64,000 bases of DNA from Azolla caroliniana (GCA_043228905.1 JBHGNT010000014.1:18972001-19036000), one strand, 5' to 3'; positions 1-13,333 are shown, numbered from the stretch's first letter. The notes: generated by a model from the sequence alone, not told the origin. Numbers and translations are program-made.

Positions 1-3000
1 GATGTAGAGAAAATCCTTGATTGGGTAAATACTGCACCAAAACAAGTTGAAATACCTTTCAAACCTGCCAGAGTTATTTTACAGGTTAGTCCTTTTTTAT
101 TGTTAAACTATCTTGTCCATTGGAAAAGGGCTTCTGTATGACATAAAATTGAAATTGGAGTTTGTATTATACCATAACCTAGTTTTGATTGAGTCTAATG
201 CATTGAAACAGGTCCTGTATGTAAGGTGTCCTTATATACCCTATTCTGACATAAATGCTTATGGATTTATACCAAATATACCCAGAAGTGTTTCTTATTT
301 CTTTACAGGATTTTACAGGAGTTCCAGCTGTTGTTGACCTTGCGGCAATGCGAGATGCCATCAAAAGGCTAGGAGGGGATGCAAACAAAATAAATCCTTT
401 AGTGAGTGCTTATATATTCTGCTATTTATCTTTCTTACCAAAAGTAAATTGCATAAACGGACATACATATGCATGCATATAAATTTGTAGATGTTAAAAT
501 TTTCTTGCCAAATTGAATTCGTATATCCTGATATGATGTCTTTGCAAAAAAAAAATTCTGTGTTGTCATGATTTGTTAATATACAGGTACCTGTTGATCT
601 TGTCATTGACCATTCTGTCCAAGTTGATGTTGCACGAGTGGAGAATGCTCTCCAAACAAATATGCAGTTTGAGTTTGACAGGAACAAAGAGCGATTTGCC
701 TTTTTGAAGTGGGGGTCGGGTGCGTTTAAGAACATGCTTGTTGTTCCTCCTGGATCGGGTATCGTGCATCAGGTAAAGCACTCAAAGAGTTCATGTTTAT
801 TAGTTTCTTATGCCTGATAATGGAACATCAATGAATGGGCCATTGTGGTAGCATTAAATTGCAAAAACCATTTGTATATTATTGGCACACTTGAATGGAA
901 ACATCTTGTTGATTGATGTAATGGGATTTCAAGAGGGTTTAATCTACGGCAAGATTGGACACCGGCTATTGTAATGGATAGGTGAATCTGGAGTATCTCG
1001 CCAGAGTGGTCTTTAATAAGGATGGATTTCTTTACCCGGATAGTCTTGTTGGCACGGACTCTCACACCACAATGATAGATGGGCTTGGGGTTGCTGGATG
1101 GGGAGTTGGTGGTATTGAAGCAGAGGCAACAATGCTTGGTCAAGTAAGTTGACATTGTTAATTGTAGTTCAATGCTTGCGAAAACAAGTTAGTTTCTACT
1201 AACCAGTTGTGTGTATATAATATTACTAGCTGGCATATATCTGATGCTTATGGTTGTGCAATTTGGAAATTTCTTGTAGCCCATGAGCATGGTCCTTCCT
1301 GGTGTTGTGGGTTTTAAATTGAATGGAAAATTACAGACCGGGGTTACGGCAACTGATTTAGTACTAACAATCACCCAAATGCTTAGGAAACATGGGGTAG
1401 TTGGCAAGTTCGTGGAGTTCTACGGTATTGTTTAAACACTTTCTTAGCAATAATTCAACTGCGTTATCCTTCTTGATTGCATTTTCCTATGGTATGACAC
1501 GAGTCTTATTAAAATGCAGGAGAAGGAATGACTGCATTGTCACTAGCAGACCGTGCCACAATAGCAAATATGTCTCCAGAATATGGAGCGACAATGGGCT
1601 TCTTCCCAGTTGACCATGTAACGTTACAATACCTAAGGTTAACAGGAAGAGATGAAGAAAAGGTTTGTTTATCTACAGCTGATTCTGTGTGTTTCAACTG
1701 TGCTGGTACTTCTTTCACATAAGCTAAATGAGTGTTTTCAAGTAGGTTAAGATGATTGAGGCATACTTACGTGCCAACAAATTGTTTATTGACTACAATG
1801 AGGTTAGAATTTGAATTTGAATATTTTTGTTCTTGTTAACTAAGAAAAACAGTTTGAGTTGAGAACATTGTTGAGTTGCAGCCTATAGTAGAGAAGACAT
1901 ATTCATCGTACCTGGAGCTGGATCTTGCAATGGTAGAACCTTCTGTTTCCGGACCTAAACGGTAATTGTAAAATGGAACATAAGGGGAACTAAGTAGCAG
2001 CGCTGCCATATTTGTTACCTGAAGGATGATGTACAAAATCAAGAGCTTTCTTCATTACAGGCCTCATGATCGAGTCTCACTGAAGGAGATGAAGGCTGAC
2101 TGGCAATCCTGTCTCGACAACAAAGTTGGGTTCAAGGTAAGACCTTTTTTACAAATGTTTTGACACCAAAATTACCATTACATGTCCTAAATGGAACAAT
2201 TTGGTGGTGCTTACAAAATATGTGGCGTGAGTTTTCACAGGGTTTTGCTATTCCCAAGGAGCATCAGGGTGCAGTTGCAAATTTCTCATTTAGTGGCAAC
2301 CCTGCAGAATTGAGACATGGTGATGTTGTGATAGCTGCAATCACTAGCTGTACAAATACATCTAATCCAAGTGTCATGTTGGGAGCTGGTCTTGTTGCGA
2401 AGAAAGCATATGAGTTGGGTCTAAAGGTATATATTGCGTTTATATACCTAATATTTGACACTCAATATAGTTATGCAAAATGTTTCTTAAATAGTTATTT
2501 CTCTATAAATGTGAGGGTTCAGGTGAAACCTTGGGTCAAGACAAGTCTAGCTCCTGGCTCCGGAGTAGTCACAAAATATTTAAATAAGAGGTTCTTGCAA
2601 ATCTAACATGAAATCTAAAGTTAAAAATGCTTTTTATCTTTGTTTTTTTTCTGTATATAAGTGGTTTCTTGGATTTGCAGTGGGTTAGACAAGTTCTTGA
2701 ATATGCAAGGGTTTAGTTTAGTTGGTTATGGTTGTACTACCTGCATAGGCAATTCCGGAGAGATACATGAGTCTGTGGCAGAAGCAATAACTGATAATGG
2801 TAAACGGTTCTCTACCATAGAAGCTTTCTTGCAAGCTCCTGTCTAAGAGTTTTATCAAAGTGAATTACCTTATATGCAGATATTGTTGCTGCCGCCGTCC
2901 TTTCTGGAAATCGTAACTTCGAGGGCAGGGTTCATCCATTAACTCGAGCAAATTATTTAGCTTCTCCACCTCTAGTGGTGGCATATGCTCTTGCTGGAAC

Positions 3001-4456
3001 AGTGAGTTTTGGTGAAATAACATCAATCAATCACATTTTTAGCAATGCTAAACATTGCTATTTCTATTTTTATTGTATATTATAATACGGTAGGTTAACA
3101 TCGATTTTGAGAAGGAGTCTATTGGTACTGGAAAAGATGGAAAAAGTGTGTTCCTTAGAGATATTTGGCCTTCAAGCGAGGAAATTGCTGAGGTAGGGAA
3201 AGAGTTTTGTAAATAATGCTTTGCCAGGAAAGAAGAATGGAGCAAGATTTTTGAAAGAGCATATTTTGGATGCAGGTAGTGCAGTTATCCGTATTGCCAG
3301 ATATGTTCAAGTCTACATATGAATCTATCACCATAGGAAATCCTATGTGGAATGAACTACCTGCCCCTTCTGGTGCTCTTTATTCATGGGACGAGAATTC
3401 TACATATGTTCATGATCCACCTTTCTTCAAATCCATGTCTCTTCAGCCTCCGGGTGCACATGGCGTGAAGGATGCATTTTGTTTGCTCAACTTTGGTGAC
3501 AGTATTACGACTGATCACATCTCTCCAGCTGGTAACATCCACAAAGATAGTCCTGCTGCCAAATACTTGATAGAGCGCGGTGTAGATAGGAGAGATTTCA
3601 ATTCCTATGGAAGCCGTCGTGGCAATGATGAAATAATGGCAAGGGGAACATTTGCAAATATTCGCATTGTGAACAAATTTTTGAAGGGGGAAGTTGGTCC
3701 TAAAACTATCCATGTGCCCTCTGGAGAGAAACTTTATGTCTATGATGCTGCAATGGTAAGATATCAGTCTTATTGTTACTTTTGTCTCCAACACGTCTTA
3801 CTTTTTTTGCACTTACAAAACATGGAGAATGATTGTATGCAGAAATACAAAGCAGATGGCGTTGATACAGTTATATTAGCAGGGGCTGAATATGGTAGTG
3901 GAAGTTCAAGGGATTGGGCTGCAAAAGGCCCTTACCTTCAGGTTATTTCCCACTTCTGACATATGTGGGGTTTGAAAGTTTGGTTGCTCCAGTTCTCACT
4001 AGTATATGTACCCTTTGCTGTATGTATATATGGTTTAGGGAGTTAAAGCAGTAATTGCAAAGAGTTTCGAGCGCATACACCGAAGTAACTTAGTGGGAAT
4101 GGGGATTATTCCCCTGTGTTTCAAGCCTGGTCAGGATGCAGACTCCATTGGCCTGACAGGGTATGAAAGATACACCATAGATCTTCCCTCTGATATCAAG
4201 TTGATTACGCCTGGACAGGATATTGAAGTGGTTACTGATACTGGAAAGAGTTTCATTTGCACTCTTAGATTCGACACTCAGGTAAAAAATGCTGGATATT
4301 GAATGTATTGGCTTTTCTCTTTTGTAGTCTTCAGCAGAATTTTAATTGATTGGTCTCTGGATTTGAATCTTTACTATTGAATCTCATCCCCAGGTGGAAC
4401 TGACCTACTTTGAGCATGGTGGTATACTTCAGTATGTGCTCAGACAACTTATTTGA
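1..4456 (+). CDS. ACO: Aconitate hydratase (aconitase A/IRP family), 5'-partial. Exons: <1-84, 309-401, 587-772, 982-1143, 1280-1424, 1520-1662, 1746-1802, 1882-1961, 2061-2136, 2241-2426, 2523-2590, 2681-2799, 2880-3001, 3094-3192, 3276-3755, 3843-3941, 4039-4281, 4394-4456
   Basis: GT-AG introns join in frame. Motifs: [63 protein letters not shown] (Fe-S cysteines), [43 protein letters not shown]. Ends [19 protein letters not shown] at 4454-4456. Confidence 0.97.
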
Positions 4457-4546
4457 CTTGTCCACAATGATCGAGAGAGCGATTTGTGATGTTGATGATT
4501 TTGGGTCAGAGAGGAGCAATGTGCAAAGCTAAGAAGTCTTAATCGC

Positions 4547-4818
4547 GTTTTTGGCTAATAAAACTACAACGATAATGCTGTAGTAATTTGTTTTTGGCTA
4601 ATGAAACTACAATGACAATTCTGTAGTAATTTGTCAACTTGCATAGTTGTTTTATTGTGTTTTTGGCTAATAAAACTACAACGATAATGCTGTAGTAATT
4701 TGTCAACTTGCGTAGATGGTTTATTGTGTTTTTGGTTAATAAAACTACAATGATAATGCTCTAGTAATTTTTCAACTTGCATAGTTGTTTTATTGTGTTT
4801 TTGGCTAATAAAACTGCA
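4547..4818. repeat. 69-bp tandem repeat (about 4 copies) just 3' of the aconitase stop
   Basis: Unit TTTTGGCTAATAAAACTACAACGATAATGCTGTAGTAATTTGTCAACTTGCATAGTTGTTTTATTGTGT; copies start at 4661, 4730 and 4799, with further copies at about 4548 and 4592. Confidence 0.92.
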
Positions 4819-5369
4819 ATAAATAATAAATAATACTACCTTAGTAAAATGCCAACGTAAAAAGTTCTATGTACTGAACTTTTTGGGTTTTAAGACTACA
4901 CAAGTTGATAAACTGTGTCAAAAGTCCCCATCCATAAATTTGATAATATTCTAGTCTCTTAGGTAGTTAAATTTCTTTCTTTTCTGAGAGTTGGAATGGT
5001 GTATAACTGAAATGAGACGTCTGATTTCTACATGATATGGTGTAATCCTCCTCACCATATTATCCCACAGATATATATTTAAACATGATTCTGATTGGGT
5101 GTCTTGGGCAAGGGGTAAAGAGTGCCACCATGACTTTGGTATTAATTCATGTTTTACACATGGAGTTTTTTGTTCACATTGGGAAACTTACACAACGAGG
5201 TAAAGGGAAAGGATACATATTGAGAATGTCTAGAGTTTTTTATTCTCATTGGGAGACTTGGGCAAAATGAGTAAAGAGGTCCTATCAAAGTCACGATGAA
5301 TAATGCCCCTAGACCATTAAATGGGTTATTGAATCTAAATTGATGGATGGTAGTGATATTCCTTTTCTA

Positions 5370-5598
5370 GATTGACCTACGCTAGAGAGCTTCCAAGGAC
5401 AAAGTAAAATATGTCTTACATGTATAAATAAATGAGATTGTTTATTCATGTCTTAATTCTATTTCTATTAACTTTTTTATTGTCATGTTTATTTTGGTTT
5501 GATTTTTTTAAAGATGAAAACATTGTCAGATGTAATTTCTGTTTGGTCTTATAGGCACTTTGGCCTCTTAAAAGAAGTCAATATATCTTTCTTTCTTT
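5370..5598 (+). mobile_element. 3' end of a non-L1 LINE with a (CTTT)n tail
   Basis: Colinear with 10588-10845 (GATYGACC..GCTAGAGA...TTTGGTCTTATRGGC..TTTGGCCTCTTAAAAGA..AATATATCTTTCTTTC). Confidence 0.75.
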
Positions 5599-5872
5599 GC
5601 CAAGTTATCAAATGTTATAGAGAATGTGAATGGAAATATGTATGAAAGCTATAACTTCGGGAATGGTGATAGAATGTTATGTAGAGAATGTGGAAATATG
5701 TATGAAAGATGACTTCAGGAATAAGATATATCACCATTCCTGAAGTTATAGCTTTCATATATATATATATATTTCTATTCACATTCTATGTAAAATTCTA
5801 TCGCCATTGCCAAAGTTATAGCTTTCATACATATTTCCACTCACATTCTGTATAACGCTTTGATAATTTAGC
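5599..5872. repeat. Long imperfect inverted repeat (foldback/MITE-like) built from an internally duplicated unit
   Basis: Left arm GAATGTGAATGGAAATATGTATGAAAGCTATAACTTCGGGAATGGTGATAGAAT is the reverse complement of right arm ATTCTATCGCCATTGCCAAAGTTATAGCTTTCATACATATTTCCACTCACATTC; centre near 5725. Confidence 0.9.
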
Positions 5873-6196
5873 ATGTGCACTGTTATTGAGCTTGCTAACA
5901 AAAGATAACATTTATATTAGAGTGAAAGACTGCTAGTCTTGTGAATTTAACAAATTTGAAAGTGAAGAACATAAAATGGAATATTATACAAAAGACACCG
6001 GGGCTTCATTCCGCTGCTCTTAATCTGAAGCTACCGTATTATATCCACGAAGAATCAATATAATACGCCAGGATTCTTTCGATTGGATTGATATGCTCTA
6101 TGCTGGTTGACATGACCTGAACAAGATATATTAGCCCCTCAAAAAGGCGTTCCCAGCTTCAGGGATGGTATATATATATAATCAAGACCACATATT

Positions 6197-9100
6197 CTAT
6201 GGTGCTGATCTATTGTTAGACTTCGCTGTCAATGCTTCTAGCCTGTTTAAAAGTGGCAGGGCTGCCTCTTCTTTTCCCAAACTATATAATATCTCTAACA
6301 ACAAATCAAGTGTGCCAGCAATCTCCATATTATCCCTTCCCAAATGCTTCTCTCTTATATGTAGCGCCCTCCACCCATATTTCAATGCTTCCTCATTCTT
6401 GGTATTTGCATGCAAGATTGAAGCCAATATATTACATGCTTCTCCTGCCAAATGTGATAAGCTTAAGATGAGGATACCATATAGAAAACATAAACATGAA
6501 CGGAATACAATATAAAAAAGACATGCAGAAGTGGCATTTACTCAAATCCCTTAGGTCAGCACCAATAAACTGTTCTAGACTTTTACCTATCAGTGGATCA
6601 TCTTCTGGAAAGTTATTTTCACGAATGTTGAGTGCTTGGCGTGCAAGAGATTCAGCTTCTTTGTTTTTATTCAGATTATGCAAGGCTGTTGCAAGGAACT
6701 CTAGAGGGATTGAGACTTGAGGAGCTGTTGGTCCCAAAGCTGAAGTCACCAATTTTAGACTACGCCGTAGCAAAGGCTCACATTTATCAAATCTCCTATC
6801 TTGAGCATATGAAGTTGCAAGGTTCTGAAGATGTACTACTAATCTTGCACTATTTGTACCGACAATTTTTTCTTTTGCATGTAAGATTTCTTCCCACAGC
6901 TCTTGAGCGTCTTTGGACCTAGAACAGGAATTTCATTTAAAATTAAACTGGCCAAGGCCAAACACTAAATATATGCAGATGCATACAGCCAACCAAATAC
7001 TAGGAAAGAACAAAAATTGTGGAAGGAACACAATTTTAAAAGCACTTGTAATGACAAATTTCAGCTCAGGTGAATGGCTCCATAGAAGAAGGAAGAACAT
7101 CAATAATTAAAGAAAAATAAATAGTATACACCTGCCCACAACACTGAAGAACTCTGCAACCTCCATTTGGATCTGTTCAAGTGCAACATCTCCACTTTCC
7201 CAATAACCTGAGCTCTTCAAAATATTTAAACCACTCTGATAAAGCTCTGCAGCCTTTGCATAGTCACCTATGATTGAAGATAATAACAATTAGATTCTTT
7301 CTCATAAATAGTTTGCTGAACGGTAGTATTTATTATTATTTTCAGTTAAAAGTCTGTGCAACCTTTGGCATATTTGACCCTAGCAAGTCCACAAGTGGCA
7401 ATGCCAATGCTCCCACCACCTGTTACATTATTTTTCTCGGCAAGATTCAAGGCTCTGCATAGAGAAATGATTTATTATCAGCAAAAACATGAGCTATACC
7501 AAAAGAAAAGGTAAAGAAATGACAAACATTTAACGAAGAAAACAATTGAATTGGGGTTATTTTTAGATATGAAGGATTCCATCATAGGTGTGCACGGATG
7601 ACAATGTCTAGCAGAGGGTGCTAGAAATAATTGAGTTCACCAACCATGGACCAGAAAATATAAGATAAAAATTAAATCACTGAATTTTCACACACTATTA
7701 AGCCTAATACTTCACTCGAATGGACTCATTGCATACCAGGGAAGGTACTGCTTCCATACTAGAGTTATATGGCCCAAAACTAATACTATCAAGGCACCAT
7801 CCTACCACACCTAATGTATATATGCGTCTACCACAAAGCGTCTTCTAGATCCTCTAAACTGAATGTGATTAATTTTACATCAATAAATTAATAGTTATAA
7901 AAGTTTGAGTCATCAAACATGAGGAAACCTTAACTTCTAATATAAAGCTCTGCATCTTCTGTATTCTTTTCCTCCAAAACCATATAACCAAGGTGTAGCA
8001 AAGGAGGTCCCAATTCTTCGCACGTTGCACCTTTTGCATTCTCAAGGATTGATATGATTCTCTTGTATATAGCTTTTGCCTTTTCTCTTTCTCTTGGCTC
8101 AGAAGAAATTCCTGCAAGTCCAAGCAATGTGCTCACCAGTCTTGGATCATCTTTTCCTGAAAAAAAATGTTGGGAAATCACAACAATTCTTGTTTCTCCA
8201 AACTTAATCACAGTAACTCAATGCATGTTTTCTCCATGATGATGCTGCACAAAGAAGCCAAGAGAACCTAAATATAGAGGTTGATAAACTAAAATAGTCC
8301 TTGTTTATCTAAAGATTAAGAACAATAATTTCATGCATTTCTTCATAATGAAGCCCTTCAAAGGAATTCCATTTGTATAAACCCATCTGAAAGATCATTT
8401 CCATGAAATGCCATGGCATACATGTCCCACTAACATGTATGACCTGCTATTATAACATGTATATAAAAATGATATATGAAAAATAACTAGAGAACAATCA
8501 GCATGACCTGCTATTAACAAATAAACCCACTTCAGGTTAATGATGCACTGTTTATTTTTTGCAGAGAAACTAGGCCCAAAGCAGAAAATCATTAAACAAG
8601 GCAACATGAGGCATGTTCTGTACAATAATATCTCACGACACATCTCATGGTGAATTCACCAAATATGTTAAGTATACAGGCATCCAATGATGAAAACACC
8701 ACATTAGACTACACCATCAACCGGTTCTCTTTCACCCTTCCTTCCATTTTCACCCTTCGGGCAAAGGGAACAACATTCCTCATGTCTAGATTAAATAATG
8801 ATTCCTTAAACTACAAGACCAATTACCTATATTGCAGCTAGGTCAACTACACATACTTATATGAAGTTGGATTAGATGAGTACCAAAAATAGATTCTTGT
8901 AACTCGAGACTTTTCTTGTAGCAAAATAGAGCCTCATCTGTATTTCCAAGTGCAAAATATACACTGCCTATGTGCTCTAGAAAAGCATCAAGCAATGGTT
9001 CATGTGCTTCCATATTCATTAGTATATTTTTCATCTAAAACATGTTGTCAAAAAATAAGTTATTAGGCCGAAGATTTAAAAAAAATGAAAGAGATTTTAG

Positions 9101-12100
9101 TATTTCTTTCTCTTACAAACGAGTACTTATTATTGAGTACACTAAAACCTGCTCAAGCATTAGCGGAACTGCATTGGTATCCTGCACACTCATAGATAAT
9201 TGAATTAGAACATCCAACATAGCTGCCTGCTCCAATCCCTTGATACCATTATCTAACTGGTCCATCAATGCTTCAAAATTTGCTTCAAGAAGGGAGACGA
9301 CTGTACTTCTATCTCCTTTTTGAATCATGTTTTCTAACTTGACATGAAAGTCCTGTAACTGCTCCAAATAGTCACCCAGATCTTCAACATATACTAGTTT
9401 ATCAGTGGCTTGATAATTCTGCCTGCAATATGAGCTAAGACCACTCAAATTTCAGGAAAACAACTGGCCAAGATATATGTAGGTGTACTAGGTCCAGGGA
9501 TCATAATGAAAAAAATAATCTTATTGTAGATAACTACTTGAATTTAAGGGGCCTTTAACATATTTATAGCATGACTATTACTCTTTCTTGAATCTGCCCA
9601 TACCAACTATAAAGTTAGCTGAAAATATGAATGGCATTGGTGGCTTCATTGCACATAGGCCAGCACAACTGATGATGCAATCTAGAATATAACTTCAATA
9701 CTAGGTTAAGAAGTTTCCAATAAATCCAATACACTCCATGTTGTCATCATATGCTTAAATATTCTACAGTGACGCACCTGATCTTCCTTAGTCCCTCTTT
9801 AGCTCTCTCTTGGTCTTCACCATATACCATATTCAAAAACTTCATTGGCTTGTTTCGATGATCAAGCGATGCTAAATCATCGTGATCCAATGTAGTTGTA
9901 AGATTATTTTCATCAGTGAATTCAGTTGCTTGATTTGAAACCCTGAATCCCACATGTGGCATGAAAAAACCTTGATAAATGATATGATTCTCTCTCCTTC
10001 CCTCCCTCTCTCTCTCTCTCTCTACACGTACACTTGCCAAGTGTGATAGGGTAGCTGAGAACTTCATCACATCAGTTAGAGATTGAGGTAGGAAAATATA
10101 CATGTATACCTTTAGAAGAAAGAATTTGCCAATTGTGTCATCAAGGAGTGGAATCCGAAGAACACTATGTTTGTCACTGTAGTGTCTTTTATGAAATCAG
10201 AGGGAGATACCATTGCCTCTTTAAATAAGGTTTTGGCCCACTACACAAGGTAATGGAATATGAGGACCAACGGTGCCTAGGACTTGTCTTGCTAGAACTC
10301 AAGAGATAGGGAAAAGTTGTTGAAGGACAATAATATAGCCACACAAGCTCATCCACATAGGACAATCACAACTTTCTTTGGCCACATCACTTCTACTAAT
10401 GCTACGAATCAATCACCGACCAGGACATAACAAAGGGGTTACAATAGATCGGGCAATAGCAATTTGTCGTGCACGTAATCCCTGGCCCCATGGATCACGA
10501 CCGCAACACACTTGTCATTGACAGATAAAGGCCATTATCTCCCGCCATTGCAGGTGCTTCCCTCGCTTCGGAGACCTAGCAATTGTAGATCGACCCATGC
10601 TAGAGATCTTTCGACGACAAAAGTTACGATATATCTAACTTAAGAATTTCACATGTGCTGAAAACCAGATTCCCTCGTCTCGTTTTATCTTGTTTACTTT
10701 TATATTTATTGAGTAATACTTATTTTATTTTGATTTGTTGTTCTTAAAGATGAGACAACACTTACGATGTAATCTCTTGTTTGGTCTTATGGGCCATTTT
10801 GGCCTCTTAAAAGACGTTAATATATCTTTCTTTCTTTCTTTCTTCTACCTTGATAAAGAATCATAAGAGTAATATTCTCTCATCCGAATGGGTTGTTGAC
10901 GTAAGAAAATGGTTTAGAAGATGGGATGTGGATGATCTTTTAGAACTTTCAGGCGATGCTATACATTATGTAATGATTGAGTAAAGGTTGGTGGAATCAT
11001 TAAGGATGAAGTGGGAAGATGCTAAGAGGACAACGCTAGAATACTACATTGCAAATGTCAACCCTGAATGTTGGTCTCAATATAAGGCAAGAATGCCTAT
11101 TGATTGTAAAGGAATCAAATTTCCAAATGTGAAGCTTCTACAAAACACATTAAAAAATGTAGAGTTTCTCAAAATGTTTTTCCACGGATTGATACAATAT
11201 GTAATCAAATTCCCATAAGTTTGCATTCAGTAAGGGCTCTAAAAGAAACAAGAAAACCATATTTGGCATCAACAAAAATTCAAATCCCATCAGGTTGTAC
11301 TTCTCACTACTTCGCATCCTTTTGTATTTCCAAATACACAATGAGGATCATAGCTATGGCCTCCAAAGGAATAAAAACTGTGAATTTCCGGAAGCAACCA
11401 CCCCATGATTGGTGTAACATGCACTTGATGACAAATCGAAATTCTCTCAGTTTGCATTCCCCGGCATACATTAAAGGCCATAGTGACTAGATGGAATCAG
11501 TTTCATTGATGTGGAGTTTCTCAAAGAACAAAATATCCAATGATGTGTATAAAATATGTTTGATGGGAAATCATTCTCCCATCAATTCGGCCAGCAATAA
11601 GGACTATCGCTAATCCTCCAAAGGAATCAGATAAAAAATGCAGAATATCTTACTTTTCTTTTCCAGTTACATGCAATTACAATTGGAAATTTCCCATCAG
11701 TTTGTATTTTACACCATAATAATCACAGCTAACCATCCCAAAGGAATCATATCTAGGCAATGATTGGCATGAATCTCCTATCAGTTTGCATACAATAAGG
11801 GCCATACCTATGGATTTCAAATTCAAAATGTGGAGTTGATTAATAACAAAACCATGATTGGTATAACATAAACTTGACGGAAAATCATATTTCCCGTTAT
11901 TTTGTATTTTGCATCACGAAATAAAGTATTTCTACCAAAAAATAATTTTTTTCCCATCAGTTTATATTTCACATCATTACAATAAGGGCTTTTCAAAATG
12001 TGGACTTGATGGGAAAACAAAATTTCCATCAGGCGTTGCATTTTCCACCTTATAATCTCGATTTTTCCCATCAGTTTTTATTACTCCACCATATAACAAG

Positions 12101-12574
12101 GTAATTTTCCAACAGTCCTGTATTTCCCATCACACACTAAGGGCTTTTCACAACAGTATTCTGTTTTCATCGCATGTTCCCAACATAAAATAAGGGTTTT
12201 GCCCATCGGTTTGTATTATCCCACGAATACAATAAGGTGAATTTCCCATCAATTTGACATATACCATCATACAAAAATGGCCTTTACCAAATGCGATTAT
12301 TTTTCAAACCATACAATAAGGGGTCTTACCATCGGTTTTGTATTTCCCACCATACAATATGGGCCAAATAGATGTAGATTCAAGAAACAAAACAAGAAAC
12401 AAGCGTATGTGTACAAACCCTAATGTGATGTGAGAAAGATGTTAGCTGATGAATATAAGCATACGGATCATACCGGAGACGGATGGAATTCTTGGGTTTT
12501 TTCCATATCCATAATTCCTTGATGCTAGTGTTGACTCTGAGTAGACCACCATCGATTGGGTAGTGCAAAGCCAT
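6197..12574 (-). CDS. TPR-repeat protein (kinesin light chain/nephrocystin-3-like), about 572 aa, probably organelle-targeted. Exons: 12574-12474, 9942-9778, 9422-9149, 9034-8884, 8156-7935, 7452-7363, 7267-7132, 6918-6587, 6444-6197
   Basis: TPR-type repeats (LEHIGSVYFALGNTDEALFCYKKSLELQESIFG; LQNLATSYAQDRRFDKCEPLLRRSL; ARQALNIRENNF; WRALHIREKHLG). Exon phases are compatible and lengths sum to 1719 nt. Exon 1 and the exon 5/6 junction are less certain. Confidence 0.85.
10075..11110 (+). mobile_element. Degenerate non-L1 LINE (RTEX/L2-like) fragments in TPR intron 1
   Basis: LEIEVGKYTCIPLEERICQLCHQGVESEEHYVCHC C-terminal Cys/His motif; 3' end with (CTTT)n at about 10826-10843; a second fragment reads WVVDVRKWFRRWDV. 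Confidence 0.75.
11560..12362. repeat. Degenerate array of a 40-60 bp motif (TTTCCCATCAGTTTGTATTT..CACCATACAATAAGGG)
   Basis: At least 10 diverged copies (about 11690, 11774, 11950, 12065, 12105, 12198, 12242, 12327 and others), plus inverted GATGGGAAA copies at about 11562 and 12008. Confidence 0.75.
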
Positions 12575-12672
12575 TGATTTCAGTGAGAAGGAATCTTCCT
12601 TACAGAAACCATGTAGGTTTTGTGGAGGGTTTAGTTCAGTGATAAGAGGGGCAGAGGATCATTTGTGAGAAT

Positions 12673-12679
12673 ATTTATA
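12673..12679 (-). promoter_or_regulatory. TATA box of the TPR gene
   Basis: CCTATAAATA on the minus strand about 100 nt upstream of the ATG at 12574. Confidence 0.55.
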
Positions 12680-12876
12680 GGCTACCCCTCCTACCTCTCC
12701 CCCCCCCCCATCAGGGGCATCGTTGTAAATTTCCCGAATCTTGCATAATATCATCGTTTTCTCTTATTAGCTCTTCCTTCCTTGTCTCTTTTCGTTCTCT
12801 GAAAGACAAAGTACAGTTTCGGAAAGCTATCATAAAGCTTGTATTGCTCGGGTAAAATAATAGTTCTAACTCTGCT

Positions 12877-13333
12877 TGTTAATCGGCTAATTACTAACTA
12901 CTACCGATACAAAAGAGTGAACGTCGCTACTCAACGTTCTAACAAGGAATTGTGTTTTACGAACGGAATTATACTATATTAACCGGTAATTACCGTGATC
13001 GTTACTTAGTTATAAATTAGGAAGCTTACACTTAAGATCATAGACAATAGAAGGAACACAGAATCCGTACAAGATATTCCTAACTTAAACTTATATTACT
13101 AAATAAAACGACCTTTCTTACAATGCCTTCGGTTCCCTTTTATAGGTATACCGAAGGTCTTTTCTCATCAAGAACTATTCCTACTTACTATCAAGATTTA
13201 CAAAATTATCTAACTAACTTAGTTCTCTTCGTTTACTGCTGAGTCATTGATCCGAACAGTCGATCCGAACCGACTCTGTTTTCGACGCTTTCCCACTTGT
13301 TCGGTAAAACTGACTGTCCGGGTCCGGGTAACA
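12877..13333 (-). repeat. 3' LTR
   Basis: TGTTA...TAACA termini; 455/457 identical to 21763-22219; CCTATAAAAGGG (TATA) on the minus strand at 13135-13146. Confidence 0.97.

Noticed and set aside
4547-4818. CRISPR-like array or iron-responsive elements
   Set aside because: Units are repeated in full with no unique spacers, the context is eukaryotic, and there is no CAGUG loop.
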